Below, piece after piece: positions 49,200-62,367 of a stretch of 64,000 bases of DNA. The notes under the pieces are model-generated. The model did not search any database and was not told the DNA's origin. It saw only the letters and a list, made by a program, of their open reading frames with translations. The DNA comes from Dudresnaya verticillata (taxonomy: Eukaryota), in contig OZ374557.1 in the NCBI GenBank assembly GCA_977862235.1, positions 1 to 64,000 of the forward strand. Reading direction: 5' to 3'. The position numbers and the translations under genes were made by a program. Position 1 is the stretch's first letter, and each line of letters begins with the position of its first letter.

Positions 49200-52100
49200 C
49201 AAAACGTACGCCGCGCCGCTGTGCTGGTACAGTTGGGTGAGGACTCGCCGCTGCGCACTCTTGCTGCCGCCTTTGCGGCCCATCTAGCGGGGATGCATGA
49301 AGATCTCGCCGCTGCGAACGCCATTGCCCTCCGCTACCGCACCGAGCGGGACAGGTTTGCGCACGATGCGCAACGACTGCAGGGAGAGCTGAGGCGCGCT
49401 GCCCGCTCGTCCCCAGTAGTTGGGTCCCTCGGCAAGCGGCACGAGAAGAGTGCCAGCCGCCCCCAACGCTGGCGCCGACGCAGCAGCCTATGCCGTCGTA
49501 TGCGCCAGCGCAGGCTGCGCAGCAACCGGTGCTGCCTTATGCCGTCGGGCCCGCTGGCCATATGCTCCCATGGGGGCCCTCCAGCTATACCCTGTCGATG
49601 GTGGTGCAGGGTGGTGGAGTCCTACAGCAGCCGGTCGCCGTTGCGCCCGTCCCCCGGGCTACGTGCTGCAGGGGTATGGTCCCCCAGTGGGCCAAGTGAG
49701 TCCTGCTGGGTTAGCGGCCGCTGCCGCTGGCGCCGCTGCGGTGTAACACGCGCCGGGTACCGCGGCGGGCGCTGCTGCGCCAACTCAGCCGCGCGATGCG
49801 GACGGGGTGACCGGCTATGACCCCCCCGCCCCTTGCTTTGCGTCGTCGACGACTGCTCAGCCGGAAGAGGGGGCCGGGGCAACGCTGCCCAATAATGCGA
49901 TCGACGCATAGAGTTCGCGGGCGCTGTGGCACCCAGCGATTTGAGCGCCGCTGCGACTTTTAGTCCAGTTACGCCGCTGCGTCTATAGACATGTTAAAAT
50001 GGAAGGGGGTGGGATATGGCTTCGGCCCGCGTCGATGCGAACTTCTTTTTGGCGGAAGCGTTCGCCGGCGCAGCAGCTCACCACGTCGGGCCGCTGCCCA
50101 CGGTGAGTGCTGCGCGCGTGCGCTGCTGCGCGCGCGCGCGCATCGAGCCCGCGTGCATCGCTACTGCGCTACGACAGCGGTCGTCTCGGCGCGGGGCTTG
50201 CGTGAGCCGCTGCTCAGGTGCAATAGGCAAGCGTGCCGATCCCATGTGGCTCCCCAGCGCCGCTGCGCGGCATGCCGCCTTGGCATGGGGAGACAACAGT
50301 GGTTGCCCTTGCGCACCCGTCTTGGGCGCCTGGTGCCACTGCGGCTAGCTTCGGCGAGGCCGCTGCATCGCACCCACTTGCCGGCGGCGCGCCGCTTCTA
50401 GCTACTCGATCAGCCGCTGCTGTTGCTCCCCGCTGGAAGACGGTTTGAGCCTGAATTATAGCCAATCGTTGGCTGCGGATTTTTCGCAACCCCTTTCATT
50501 GGCTGTTGCCTTCCGGCCCGCTGGCCTGGTTGGGTGTTTCCCGACCCCCGGCTACAGTACGTACTGTAGCCGGAACACTTTTCGCGCTCGATGCGCTGCG
50601 TGCGCCCCGCGCATAGGCGCATGCCAAAAGTGATGCTCGCTTTTGGAGTGCCGTTGCACATCGAGTGCAACGGCACTTCGGTGCACACGAGTGAGATGGC
50701 GATCGGGCCGCTGCCCTTTGTCCCACACCGCTTCGCTTCGGCAGTGACGCCCTTGGGCGCGCTCGACGCGCCCGCTCCGCACCCACGATGGTGTGACCCC
50801 TCCTCGCCCAGCAGCCGCTGCGGTTGGCGTGTTGGGTTGCACTGGCGTGAGCGAAGGTAGCGCCGCGTGCGCGGCGCTGGTTAGCGCCTTCGGTAGCCGC
50901 TGGTCAGCGCCCCTTGCCTTGCGTGCGTGAGGCGTCGACGCCTGTCATGCGCGAAGGCGAGGTGGCGGTTGTGTCTCATCGCCGCTTGCGAGTGCGTGGG
51001 ACCAGCCCGGGGTCGCTGCCCCAGGCTTGGTTGGCTGGCAGCCGCCCTGCGCGCATCGATGCGCCGGAATCAGTGTTATGCTGCCCCCTCTTGCGCTGCT
51101 GCCGCTGCCGCTGGCGCAAGGGTGACCTGTCTGGGCTCGTTGCCCAGTGCAGGGTAGGGTGAGGCATCGATTGCCTTCGCAAAAAGGGCAACGAATGCCT
51201 GCGCCCCCCCTCAAGCGCGAGGCGCCCCCGCAGAGGGGTTATAAGGAGGAGCGAACGGCTTCGAGCCTGTTGGTGTTTCGCCGCCGCTGCGATGAGAAGA
51301 AGTAGCTCACCATCTCCTCGGGGAGATGGGAACGAGGATCCCACGTCGGCTTGCGGTAGCCGGTCCACTTCACCTTGAACACGAGCGTGCCATCGTCGGC
51401 AATGCCGTGGTCAAGGACCTTATCCACCACGAACCGCGGGCCGTCGACGGCTTTGGACGCTAGTTCTTCAGTGGTGGGTAAGTATGCGCTGCGCTGCGCA
51501 GTATCCTCCCGCAGCGGCGGGGGACAGTAGACGGCGCGGTCCGCTGCGATGCGTTCGACCAAGACGCCTCTGTCGATAAACAGCGAGCGCTTGTCGTTAA
51601 GCAGCACGCGGTAGGGCCCGATCGCTGGGCTCTGGAGCTTCTTGGGTTTCTTAACCCCGTCGCTCGCGTCGATGAAGACGTAGTCTCCCGCTCGAATGCG
51701 GGAGTTGACTTTTCTGACACGCTTGTCGAAGTCGTTCTTATAACGCCGCTGCGTTTTGTCGAGAGCGCTCGATGCGCTTGCGAAGGCAGCGTCGAGCCGC
51801 TTGAGGAAGTCCGCGCGCACGTCCTCACTAGGTTTCGGTCTGGCTGCTGCCTTATGAAACTTAGTGAACTCCGGCGGCGGCCGGGACAGCACGAGGCTGA
51901 AGGGTGTCGTCCGCGTCGTGCGATGGACATGGCAGTTGTAGGAATACGTCAACGACGCTGCGTATCGATCCCAGTCGTCCTGGTGATCGTTGATGTAATT
52001 CCTCAACATGGCCATGACGGTCCGGTTGTAGCGCTCAATCTGACCGTTCTCCTACGGGTGGTAGGCGGACGTGAACACCTTGTTCAGTCCGAGGTAGCGG

Positions 52101-55100
52101 CACACTGCCTGAAAGAACTTAGAGGTGAATTGCTTCCCGTTGTCGGACAACAGAGACCTCGGTGGTCCATAGTGGAAGATCCACCTCTCACAGAACTCCA
52201 CTGCGACGTGGTACGCTGTGATGGTGCGCAGCGGCGCTACTTGAGTCAGCTTCGTGAAGCGATCCGTCATGACGAGCAGGAATCGCTTTCCTGACTTCGT
52301 CTTGGGCAGCGGCCCTAGGATATCGATCGCGAGCGACTCGAGCGGCCTCGTGGCCGGGAACAACTTCAACCGATGAAGGGACCTCCGCAAGATTATGCGG
52401 TTCCTGGCACAGTACCGACAGTTCCGAACTGTCATGGCTATGTCCGGTGACATTTGTGGTCAGTAGTAGCTCTCGCGGAGCGTGTAGAACATCCTGTTCT
52501 GGCCAGGGTGGCCAGCCAGGAGGGAGTGGTGCGCGAGCGTGAGAAGCCGCGGCTGTAGCGCTTCGGGCACCACTATTTTCTCCAACGAGGAGATGAAGGG
52601 GTGACGCTGGCACGAGAGCCCGTCCTCGTCCTCGAAGATGTGGCTATCCCGTCGACGAGATTGCCGTGCCAACACTGTTTGGCAAAAAGAATCGCGCCAC
52701 TGCGCATCCACCAATTCCTCGACGGTTATTGGTGAAGGGAGCTTCACCGGTTCGACCCGGGTGAGGTCCGTCGGCTCTTGGCTCGCGTCGATGCAGCCAA
52801 GGTCGAAGAGGTCGACGTCGTCGCAGTCGTCCCAGGCTTCGTCGTCGGCAAGCCCCGGTGGCGCGTCGCTGTCCGAGGGCTCCTTGGCTTTGCTTCCAGT
52901 GCCGCCCACTAGCAGCCGGTCGATCCGGCGCCTTCCGCGTCGACGCGTTGGCTTGGGACCGCGTGGTCAGCAAGACCGACGGTGCCCTGGGTTCGGTACT
53001 CGAGGCACCCTCCTTCTGGCGGTCGACCGCCGGGGGGTCATAGGTAGGGACGTCGTCGTCAACCTCCTCTTGCTGCCGTCGAGGCCTCACCAGGCGGGAC
53101 AGCGCGTCCGGCACCTGGTGTACCCTACCCGGGCGGTACTCGATCTGGAACTCGAATTCGGCGAGTCGTAACCGCCAGCGGGTGAGGCGACCGGACGAAT
53201 CGGTCAAGGACATAAGCCAGCGCAAGGTGTCATGGTCGGTTCGTACCGTGAACCGGGTCCCTTCGATGTAGGGACGCAGGGTTGTGATCGACCACACCAC
53301 TGCAAAGCACTGGCGCTCCGTGGCCGAGTAGTTTCGCTCCGCTGAGCTTAGTGAGTAAGACCAGTACCCAACGGGGTGTAACTGGCCGTCCTCTTGCCCC
53401 TGGAGCAGGGCACATCCGAGCTGGTACGCCGATGCGTCCGTGTCGAGGACGTACGGCTTGCCCTCGCGAGGGAGCCGTAGGATAGGAGGCGATAAGAGTG
53501 TCGCTCGCAGCGTCTCGAATGCCTCTAGCGTCGCTGCGCTTGGATTATCGAAATACACATCCGCATCCGCATCCTTGCGGGACATATCTGTCAGCGGACG
53601 AGCGATCTTCGCGAAGTTCCTGACGAAGCGGCGGTAAACGTTACACGCCCCGAGGAACGACCTCACCTTCGTTAGGGAGGTCGGGAACTGCGCATGGCGG
53701 AACGCGTCGATGCTTGTCTTCGCCATGCGTAGTTTCCCCGGCTCTATCACGTGATCGAGGTAATCCACGCGGGACTGGAAGAAGTGGCACTTCTTCAGCT
53801 TCAGGGACACTTGCGAAGCAGAGTCAGCACGCGGTCTAGGTGAACGACGTGCTCCGCGACCGACCGCGAGAATATGATCACATCATCGAGATAGATCAAA
53901 CAACACTGCCATCTAACTCCGCTGAGTATGATGTCCAGTGCACGCTGCAAAGTCGCAGGGGCGTTCTTCAGTCCGAAGGGCATCCGCAGGTAGCGGAACG
54001 TCCCTAGGAACGTCGTGAACGTGGTCTTATCCCTGTCAGCCGCTGCGACAGGGATTTTCCAGTACCCCGCGTTACAATCCAGCGTGGAGAAAATGGAAGC
54101 GTCGCCAAGACTGTCGATACAGTCATCCATGCATGGGAGTGGGTACGCATCGCTCAGGGTTTTGGTGTTAAGGCGTCGATAGTCCACACAAAACCTGAGC
54201 GTGCCATCCTCCTTGGGTGCCAGAACGACTGGCGATGCCCACTCCGACGTGGCGGGTTCGATTACCCCTGCACGCAGCATGGTCTCGACCTCGTTCCGTA
54301 CGAGCTTCCGCATAGCGGGGCCCTGTCGATAGGGCATTGAGCGAATCGGCCGCGTGCCGGGTTCCACGTCGATGTAGTGTTGCGTAGCGGCAATCGTGCC
54401 TAGCCTCCCATCCCACATGGACTGATGCTTCCGAAGCATGGCGAGGACTTCTTCGCGGGTGACCTTGTCTTCGATAGACGAAAGGTCCACCTGCGACTCC
54501 CAGTCCTCGATGGACTCTCTTTTCTCCGCCGCTGCGGTTGATTCCCCTTGGAGCTTTGTGGGCTCGGGGCCCCTCGCCATCGACGGCGAGACTGGGGGGT
54601 CGTTGCTCCCCTTACCCCTGGGCCGCTGCGCTTTGTGGGGAAGGGTGGTGATATTCATCACCCTCCCGAACTCTTCCGCGACGTCGCGGTCCGGGGTTAT
54701 CAGGGGGACTGGGTTGCGGACCGCATAGCCAACCACGGTACCCTTCGGTAGGGTCCAGGCTTTGTCCGTCCAGTTGGCCAAGATAACCCCGGAGGGTCGC
54801 CCCGACTCGATGTCGTGCACCCCGTTGGTCAGTCGCACGCCGTGGCGGAACTGCAACGAGGGTTTGGGCTCCGTGTGGATTAACCCACTAGCCCCCGACG
54901 TCACCGAGACGAGCCTCTGCGAGTAGGCTGGGACAACCACCTGCCTAGCGAGGCGTATGGTGTGGGTATCGTGATCCCAGTCGAGGAGCTCCCGCTGGTG
55001 CTTCTTCGACAAACCCTTCGATGGGTTCTTCGGCTGAGTTGCCGGACCGGTTCCCTCGCTAGGGTTCCTGCGGCTGAGGATGGGCACCGAGCCTCCTTTC

Positions 55101-58100
55101 CTCAGCGTCAGCCTTCTCGACTCGACGTCGATTCCGCCACGTGCGCGTTGATAAAATGCGTGCCTATCAGTACGTCGACCGCGAGCGTGTCGGCGACGAT
55201 GAAAGGCTCGCGGAACGTCGTGTTCCCCAACCTCATCGAGAGGTGGACGACGCCGGACAGACTCAGCGGAGTCTTGTCGGCGCCTGCCAGGCGTGGCGCG
55301 GAGTCGATCTCTGACGCGTTTTCCTCCCAGCCTGCGGGCAGGGCACCTCAAGCGATGATGTTGTACCCGGAGCCGGTGTCCACCGCGATGGTGTGGGGTA
55401 TCATAACCCGCGGGTCCGCACCGAGGGGCCCGGACACTCGGTAAATCTCGGAGGCCAGGAGGCACACGTACCCATCGGGGGTAGTGCCCGGCTCTGCGTC
55501 GATGCAGGGGGCCCCGGTACCCTCGCGTCGATCGTCGGGTACCGCCTGTTCCGCTGTCGGGGAGCTTCGCCCTTTCCGCCTGGCCTGTCGCTTGCGTCGA
55601 CGCCGCGGCGGCCAGGGTGGTTTGGTGCGCGTCGCCAACACGACGTCCCGGTGACCGGGACGTCGTTCGTGTCCTTCGAAGCGCCGCTGCGCTCGACGTG
55701 GGGGCTCGCTGCCCCCAACGCCGTCGAAGGTGAAAGGGACGGTGGGTCTGGTGTTGGACAAGACAGTGCGCGCGACCGCACCAGCGGCACCGCCTTTATT
55801 CTTTTTCCGGATCGACCGGGTCAGAATTATCCTCGAAATCCGAACTTTCGTGCTCGCTTCCGATTGGGTGTTTCGTAACCCCTGAGGCGCCTCGCGTCAA
55901 TCGCAGAGGCGTGTCAAAAAGGAGAGGGGAATCGCTGCCCTGCCCGCTGGCTGTCTCTCCCTTGTGCCGCGCGTCGAGCGCTTGCGGAAGCCACTCGTCG
56001 GCGGTGAGACCGGTGTGCTCCTGCACCGTCATAACTGCTCGGAGCAGTTCGCGGCGCCGGTCGGCCCTCGGAGGCGTCGATTCCTGAGGTTGACGGCCAG
56101 TGTGCTCGTCGAAGCCGACCCGCTTATCGCGCAACAGGAACCGCGGTGCGTCGCCTTGGCGGTACTCGCGGCGTGGGTCTCGACGATCCCCGCGGTACCC
56201 CTGCGGCTCTCCGCGGTACCTTGGTGCGCCCATGCGCTGCGGGGGACCTCTCGCGTGGAAGCGTCGGTCCCCACCCCGCGGCGCATCGTAGCGCCGTGCG
56301 GGGTTCCTTGTCCTTGCGCCCGCTGGCGCGCGCTCGTCGATGAGCTGTTGGAGCATATTGCGCGAATGCGGTTGCGTTTCCATTCGATGGTTGCAGTTCG
56401 CATACGCGCAGTACGTCTGCTGTTCCTTCGTGAGGTACGGGCACGAATACATTATGTGCCCGACCTCGCGGCAGAACCAGCAGATGTACCATCCCTGTCG
56501 ATCAGGGATGACTGCGCGTGCCATCGCCTCCTGCGTTAGAGTGAGCGGTGGTATGCGCTTGGGTAGGACCGCGTCGATGCGTCCTGTAATGTCGAGGGTC
56601 TCGACGGCCTCGGTCGACCCGGCTGTCGATAGCACCGGCGCGACCATCACGGGTTCGAACCCGTCGGCGTCGGGGTCCACCAGCATTGTGCTGTCGATAG
56701 CAACGTCCCCGCTGGGATAGCTTGGTGGGCCCTCGATGAGCAGTGTACGGCCGCTTGCCGAGCTCCCACCTGACCTGCCGCGCCCCGAGGTGTTCGTGGG
56801 CTGCGCTGCCTTTGCCGAATGGGCGCGGTAGGTTGTGCCCTCGCTATGGGCAATCCGACGAACGGTACTAAAATTGGTCTGTCCGACCATAGGCAGCTGC
56901 CTGACCTTCTCCGCCACTGCGGGTCTTGTCGTGGGCAGCAGGCCCCGAAGGAACTGATGCGTTAAGTTCTCATCGGAGTACACGCCAGCGCAGGCGTCCG
57001 CATACCCTTCGAGGCGAGTAGCGAACTCAAGCTCGGACTAGGCGTCCCTCTGCTTGGCGGTGGTCAGCCGGTCATGGGCATCTGCGATGACGTCGTCCGT
57101 GACGAACCTGTATTGACCACTGCGGCCCAGCAGGGTGGGGTGCCGCGCTGCGTTGTGCGCACCCCAGAGAACAGGTGACTCCAGTACACCTGCGACGCGG
57201 TTCCATCGAGGAACCAGGACACCACCCGCGCCGCTGCGCCTTCGGATAATCCAACGCCATTGAATGCTTGGCGTAGCTGTCGAAGCACACCAAGCAGGCG
57301 AATCGGCTCCTTGCCGTCGAACCGGTCGAGCCGGGGCATCAGGGCCTTCATGCGGCTGACAATCTTCGCAGTGTTGCTGCTGCACACCTGCTGTTGATTG
57401 TCCCGCTGATCGACGTCATCGAGACGGTAGGAACGGTAGTCAATCGCCTTAGCGAACTCTGGAACCAGCGTGGTTAAAGGCTCGATGCCTGCCATGAGCG
57501 GACCCCAATGTCAATAGGCAGAGACGGGCCCTCGTGCTGTCGGGGGGTCGGTCCCCCCTTTGTGTTTTCCTGTCGAGGGCTTGTTGGAGCAACCTGGGGT
57601 CGACCCCGTAGAACGGATTGGGGTCCCCACTCGGATGGTGCGACCCCGCCGCACTCCTCGGTGGAGATGGCGGTGGTGAAGGAAAGCGATGCCGAGCTCG
57701 TTGCTCGGCAAGTATGGCAGCGGCCAATTCTTGAACTGCACCCGCTGGTGACTGCGGTCGCGGAGGAGAGCGCTGCGCCGACGACGGGCCTGTAGCCCGC
57801 TGGCGTTGCCGCGTCGGCGCGCGCTCTATCAACTCAACGCGGCGGCGTAGCTCACCGAGGAGCCCCTGTGACCGGGTTATTCCGTCCTCGATGGACGCCA
57901 AAGGACCGCGTCGAAGCGTTTCCAGGTCTTGCTGGCCGTCGGCCTTAGCCACAGCTATCGAAGCTGTAAGGTGGTCGTACACCTCGGCTAGCGAGTCCAT
58001 GGTCTCCTCATACAGCAGCTGGAGGTCGGCCACCGACACCAGACTCCCGGGGAGGGCCTTTTGCAGCGCGGCCCTCCGCTCGAGCCTCACATCGTGTAGA

Positions 58101-59049
58101 GGAGTACCTGAGACGGCGATGGTACTCAGTATTGAGGTGCGACGCGTCGCGTCCTCAACTTTTCCGGCAGCGGCCGATGCGGCAGCGGCCGGGTCAGGAG
58201 GACTCGACATCCTTTACTTCGATCGCGTCGATACGAGAAGTACTTGGGTCTCGACGACTTCTAGGTCGGGAGACCAGTGTAGTATAGACGTCGGGTCGAT
58301 CCGACGTCTGATACTTGCTGGTCCGAAGCCGCCACACAGACCCGTCGATGAGTAGCTGTTGGGGTTGGTAGAGCGGTGTCGGTCGCGTGCGCCCCGCAGG
58401 TGTGGATCGACGGCGTCGATGCCGGAGCGCGCACGGGGCGTACCGTACGCGGGTAGGCAGCGGCCGGATCCCAGCGTCCCTGTCGAAGGGCGGCACGAAG
58501 CTGACGGAAAGGAAAAGGAAAGGGGAAAGCCTAGCGAGGCAAGGGGAAAAAGGAAACCACCCGCTGGCGTAAGGCAAAGGATCGAACCCGAAAAGGCTGG
58601 GGGCAAGCTTCAGCGCGAGCTGTTGCTTGCCCGGTTTACTGAGCCGTCGATGGCCGACGGTCTTAAATACCCTACACTATGTGCACTACGACTACTTCTA
58701 CAGTAGGTGAGCCCCACAACACCAACGCGGGAGGTGTGCGTGCGCGCGCCCATACATGTGTCGACACGTCCGGGTAACGGTTACCCGTTGGCGCGCGCGG
58801 GGCGTAACGGGCGGCGGCCCTCTCAACGGCTCAATTCCGGAGAGAGTCACAGGGGCGCGCCGTGTGCGGCACGGCGCGCGGCCGCTGCCGGCAGCAATGC
58901 GGTCGACTGCTACTAATTCAACGAAAAAACTAAGGGCACGCTGCCCAACCACGACTCGCCAGCGGGCGTCATCGCGTGTACCCTTACAGTGCCCGGCTGC
59001 CAGCATACCTTACAGCCGCTGCTGGTAGGGTGCTGACAGCTATACTCCA
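49200..59049 (-). mobile_element. Chromodomain-bearing Ty3/gypsy element B, inactive, 3' LTR not found
   Basis: Gag 58210-55796 (broken). Pol ~55460-51239 with VDTGSGYN, YLDD, DTDASAYQLG, HPGQNRM, LSDNGKQF and chromodomain FVVDKVLDH..FKVKWTGY. Related to element A. Confidence 0.93.
58278..59049 (-). mobile_element. 5' LTR of element B (772 bp)
   Basis: TGTAGTATAG...CTATACTCCA termini. PBS-like TGGTCTCCCGACC lies one base inside (58276 downward); gag ATG at 58210. Confidence 0.85.
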
Positions 59050-60544
59050 ATCAGCATCTGCTCGCAATCGCGAGCCGATACTGTCGACAGTAAACATCCA
59101 GCCATTGATGGCTTAACCCTGAAGCTCGCGCCTTCTCTAGGCGTCCACGGTACTTGATCTAAGTCTAGTGCCGTTGCTCGACCGTATGCCGCGTTTCTTT
59201 GATTGTCCGGTTACATATTGCCGTTTTGCCGTGTGTTTTGATCTAGTCCCTAAACGTCCGTACTCACACTATACGTGTTGCGACCTTGGTTGGTAAAATT
59301 CTACCAGTACCCACATGCGACGCTACTTCTCTGGGCTACCCGGTACAGGAGACCAAAAACGCCTTGATAGGCGACGCACTCCAGACGCCCGTAAGGTTAG
59401 ACGTACACCATAGCTCTTGATCGGTCTTGGGTTGCACTACAATCACGTCGCTACAAGTAATTAAAAAGTAGGATAAGGGACTATATATAGCCCAGTATGA
59501 GTGGTTCTTCCTGAATCTCGGAATATCACATAAGGGAATCTCTCGAAGGGGTCACTGTAAAATAAAGGAAAGAACCTTCCGGCTCCAACTACGTCTCCAA
59601 TCCATTGGCACACCCGCGCACTCGTCAACTGTGCCTGGTAACCCACCCATCCAGTTAACTGCCTTCAGTATCGTGCTTCCATTCAGGTTGCGTGCTTTTG
59701 TCTACCGTTTGGGTTACTCCAGCTCTACCACCGCTATCAGATACCCGCTCTGTGGCTAACTCATTGAGTGCACTTCGTGAGTACACAAGAGACGTAAAAG
59801 GCACTTCCTTACGTGCGATCGAGCAAGGTGGATTAGATTCGAACTTAGGCGATGCTACCATGGAAGGAAAACAGCGATCCTAATGTACCCTTCTTCCCTG
59901 GGGCGGTTTACTTCTCGAAGTGTCCTTTTTTGTGCCACACGTCGGTTACAGTAACCCTACTCATGGGCTTATTCCAATCCATTTCGGATCAGGCTGGCTG
60001 TGGCACGGAGCTGGGTCTCGACAAAAATGCCATTCTCATATTAACCTACTATTTCTTTTATTCCTATGCAGCACTCCTCTATACACCTCCCCCTTTCTCC
60101 CTCGTTCCCGTCCCTCTTTCACGTGTCCCCTGACATCCCTGTTATTTCCATAGTTCAGAGCACTGAGGGAGAACCTCTCGGCCTGTCGTTCATTGGTTCA
60201 GCATGTTTGTAAGGGCAGCCAACCATCAACCGACAGGTCGCAGGGCGGAGCCTTTAGGCTACAGAGGGTTCGTTGTTTTGTCAAAAAAGCCTTTTCGGTT
60301 TCTGCTACACTACAGCGCGCCCGTACCCCTCGCCCAAGATACTGATACGGCCCCTCTACGATTTCAGCCTATTTCTTTGCTGGCATTCAAGCATGCCGTC
60401 GTGATCGGGGGTGTCACTTGCGCTGATATTCCAGAGGTACCTCAAACGGAGAACTCTCATCCGAACAGACCTGGTTCAGTTCCCCGTCTCCAAACTTGGA
60501 AGCAAGGTGCGTAGCCGCGTTTTCGGGGGCTACTCTTCATTCCG

Positions 60545-61351
60545 ATGCCGAAGTTCACGACGGGTTCAAGTCACCAGAGTCGGCGTAGACTAATTATCGC
60601 TCCAGAGAGTCCTCCTGCAACGCCGCCAGTGAATTCGACAGGCTGGACTAGACATCACCAACACAATCTTGGACATACGTACCAACCGACAGGTCCGCGC
60701 GCCATAGTCCAACGCTCGAGCTTTGCTATCCACAACCCGACCGCAACTGTGAGCAGGAACTCGAGACCCACACCACGGTCTAGTGGTGCTGTCTCCACCG
60801 CATCCCACGGCCGCCGCTCGCCGCATCCAGGAGGTGTAGGAACTCCGGTTTTCAAGCTGGATGAGGAACTGCAGCACTCTTTCAGCCATCGTCGCCATAC
60901 ACATCGCCATCGGAGTAGAAAGTCCCAAAGCCTGAGGCGATCAGAGTCTATGGAGGCATTGCCGACAGAAGACGATGTACACCATGGCAGATATAGCGAG
61001 AGCGAGCCGAACAAGGTTTCCGGCTCGACTTTCGGCCAAGCGAGTTCCACACGTAGTCGTAACACTGTATCATCGTCGTCCCGATGTTCACTGGATATTC
61101 CGCGCCCGACTGGTTTAAGGGGACAAATGGCGTCGGCACCGATTAAGATTTCATCTCGGGCAAAGCAAGAGGAAGAGAGACGGAAACGTGCAGCTGCCGC
61201 CGCAAAAGCGAAGGCTATCGCCTCTTCGAACTCTAGGAATTCTAGGAATCCGTTTCGTACGAAGCGTGTGATGCACCCGAAACCGAAGTACGGTTTGCAT
61301 TACAGCTCATCAGAAGATTCGTTGGATGAAATTGCGACCAAACGACGTTAA
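60545..61351 (+). CDS. Hypothetical Ser/Arg/His-rich disordered protein (268 aa)
   Basis: ATG-to-TAA ORF in non-repetitive DNA; no recognisable domain. Confidence 0.55.
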   Translation: MPKFTTGSSHQSRRRLIIAPESPPATPPVNSTGWTRHHQHNLGHTYQPTGPRAIVQRSSFAIHNPTATVSRNSRPTPRSSGAVSTASHGRRSPHPGGVGTPVFKLDEELQHSFSHRRHTHRHRSRKSQSLRRSESMEALPTEDDVHHGRYSESEPNKVSGSTFGQASSTRSRNTVSSSSRCSLDIPRPTGLRGQMASAPIKISSRAKQEEERRKRAAAAAKAKAIASSNSRNSRNPFRTKRVMHPKPKYGLHYSSSEDSLDEIATKRR

Positions 61352-62367
61352 GAGCAATGCGAAGCTCAGAGGACGCTCTAAAGGGGTCTAGATGCTTCCC
61401 GGCTCAGTTCACCAAATTTCATGTTCGTTCTCGTGTGTAAATCGCTGCAACGCGTGCGAGAAGGGGCTTGCTTGGGTTGGTACAGAGCGTACTATTGCAT
61501 ACTCGCTGTTGCCGCTTGGGCAGGGCAGCATCTTCGGACTGCAGATGCCACCATCGGTGCGAAAGACGAAAACGTTTGAGTGCCACCGCAGGGGATACGG
61601 TTACGATCGAGGCTTTTCTTCATTTCGATGGAATAGATCAGTTGAGGGAGTACCGCCGAAGCACCACTTGTGCATCATGCAATTTCCGTCAAAATCAAGT
61701 TGTAGAACTGTCCGTTTTTTGCAATCTCTGTTGGAGCACGACGTTGCTATATGTTGCATCCTATTAAGGGAAGTTGAAATGATGGACTGTCTTGTAGTAC
61801 ACCGAACGAAGCGTGAACCGCCTTTGTTTTCATGGTACATGTATGCTTGTGAATTTTTACCCTGTATCAGTATCAGTTCAACACCGCTCGTACAAAAGGA
61901 GGACAACGCCGCGTGGGCAGCTACTCGGCACTGCGCATTGTACGAGGCCTCATAAACAGTCTGCAGTAGATCAGTGCAACTGCTACTGGGTGTTTAGTGG
62001 GCATCCGTTGTCTCCGTTGACCGTTTCGAAATCGTCTGTACGCTGTGACAACACTGATGGCTGTGGGTGGATACACGGCCTACACCGCCAGATTTAGAGT
62101 AGGCTAGACCATTTGCGAAGGCAGTCAGAAAGGGATGTGCGCAGGAAATAGTGTGGGTGAGACTTTCGGCCTGTAGAACTAGACGGGTAGAGTGCAGTCG
62201 CATTCGTTAAATACCACTCCACCACTGTACCACAAGTGGGGGGACCCCTTGGGCAAGGGCGACAACCCGTACGGTACCGTGCCAACTTGGCCTTAACTCG
62301 AAAACTCTTACTGCCTCCTTCGCAGCCCCCCCAAGGGTGTTCTGAACAACAATAATTTTTCAGGGGA

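Noticed and set aside
61392..61955. 187-aa ORF
   Set aside because: Atypical composition and no motif; probably UTR or intergenic.
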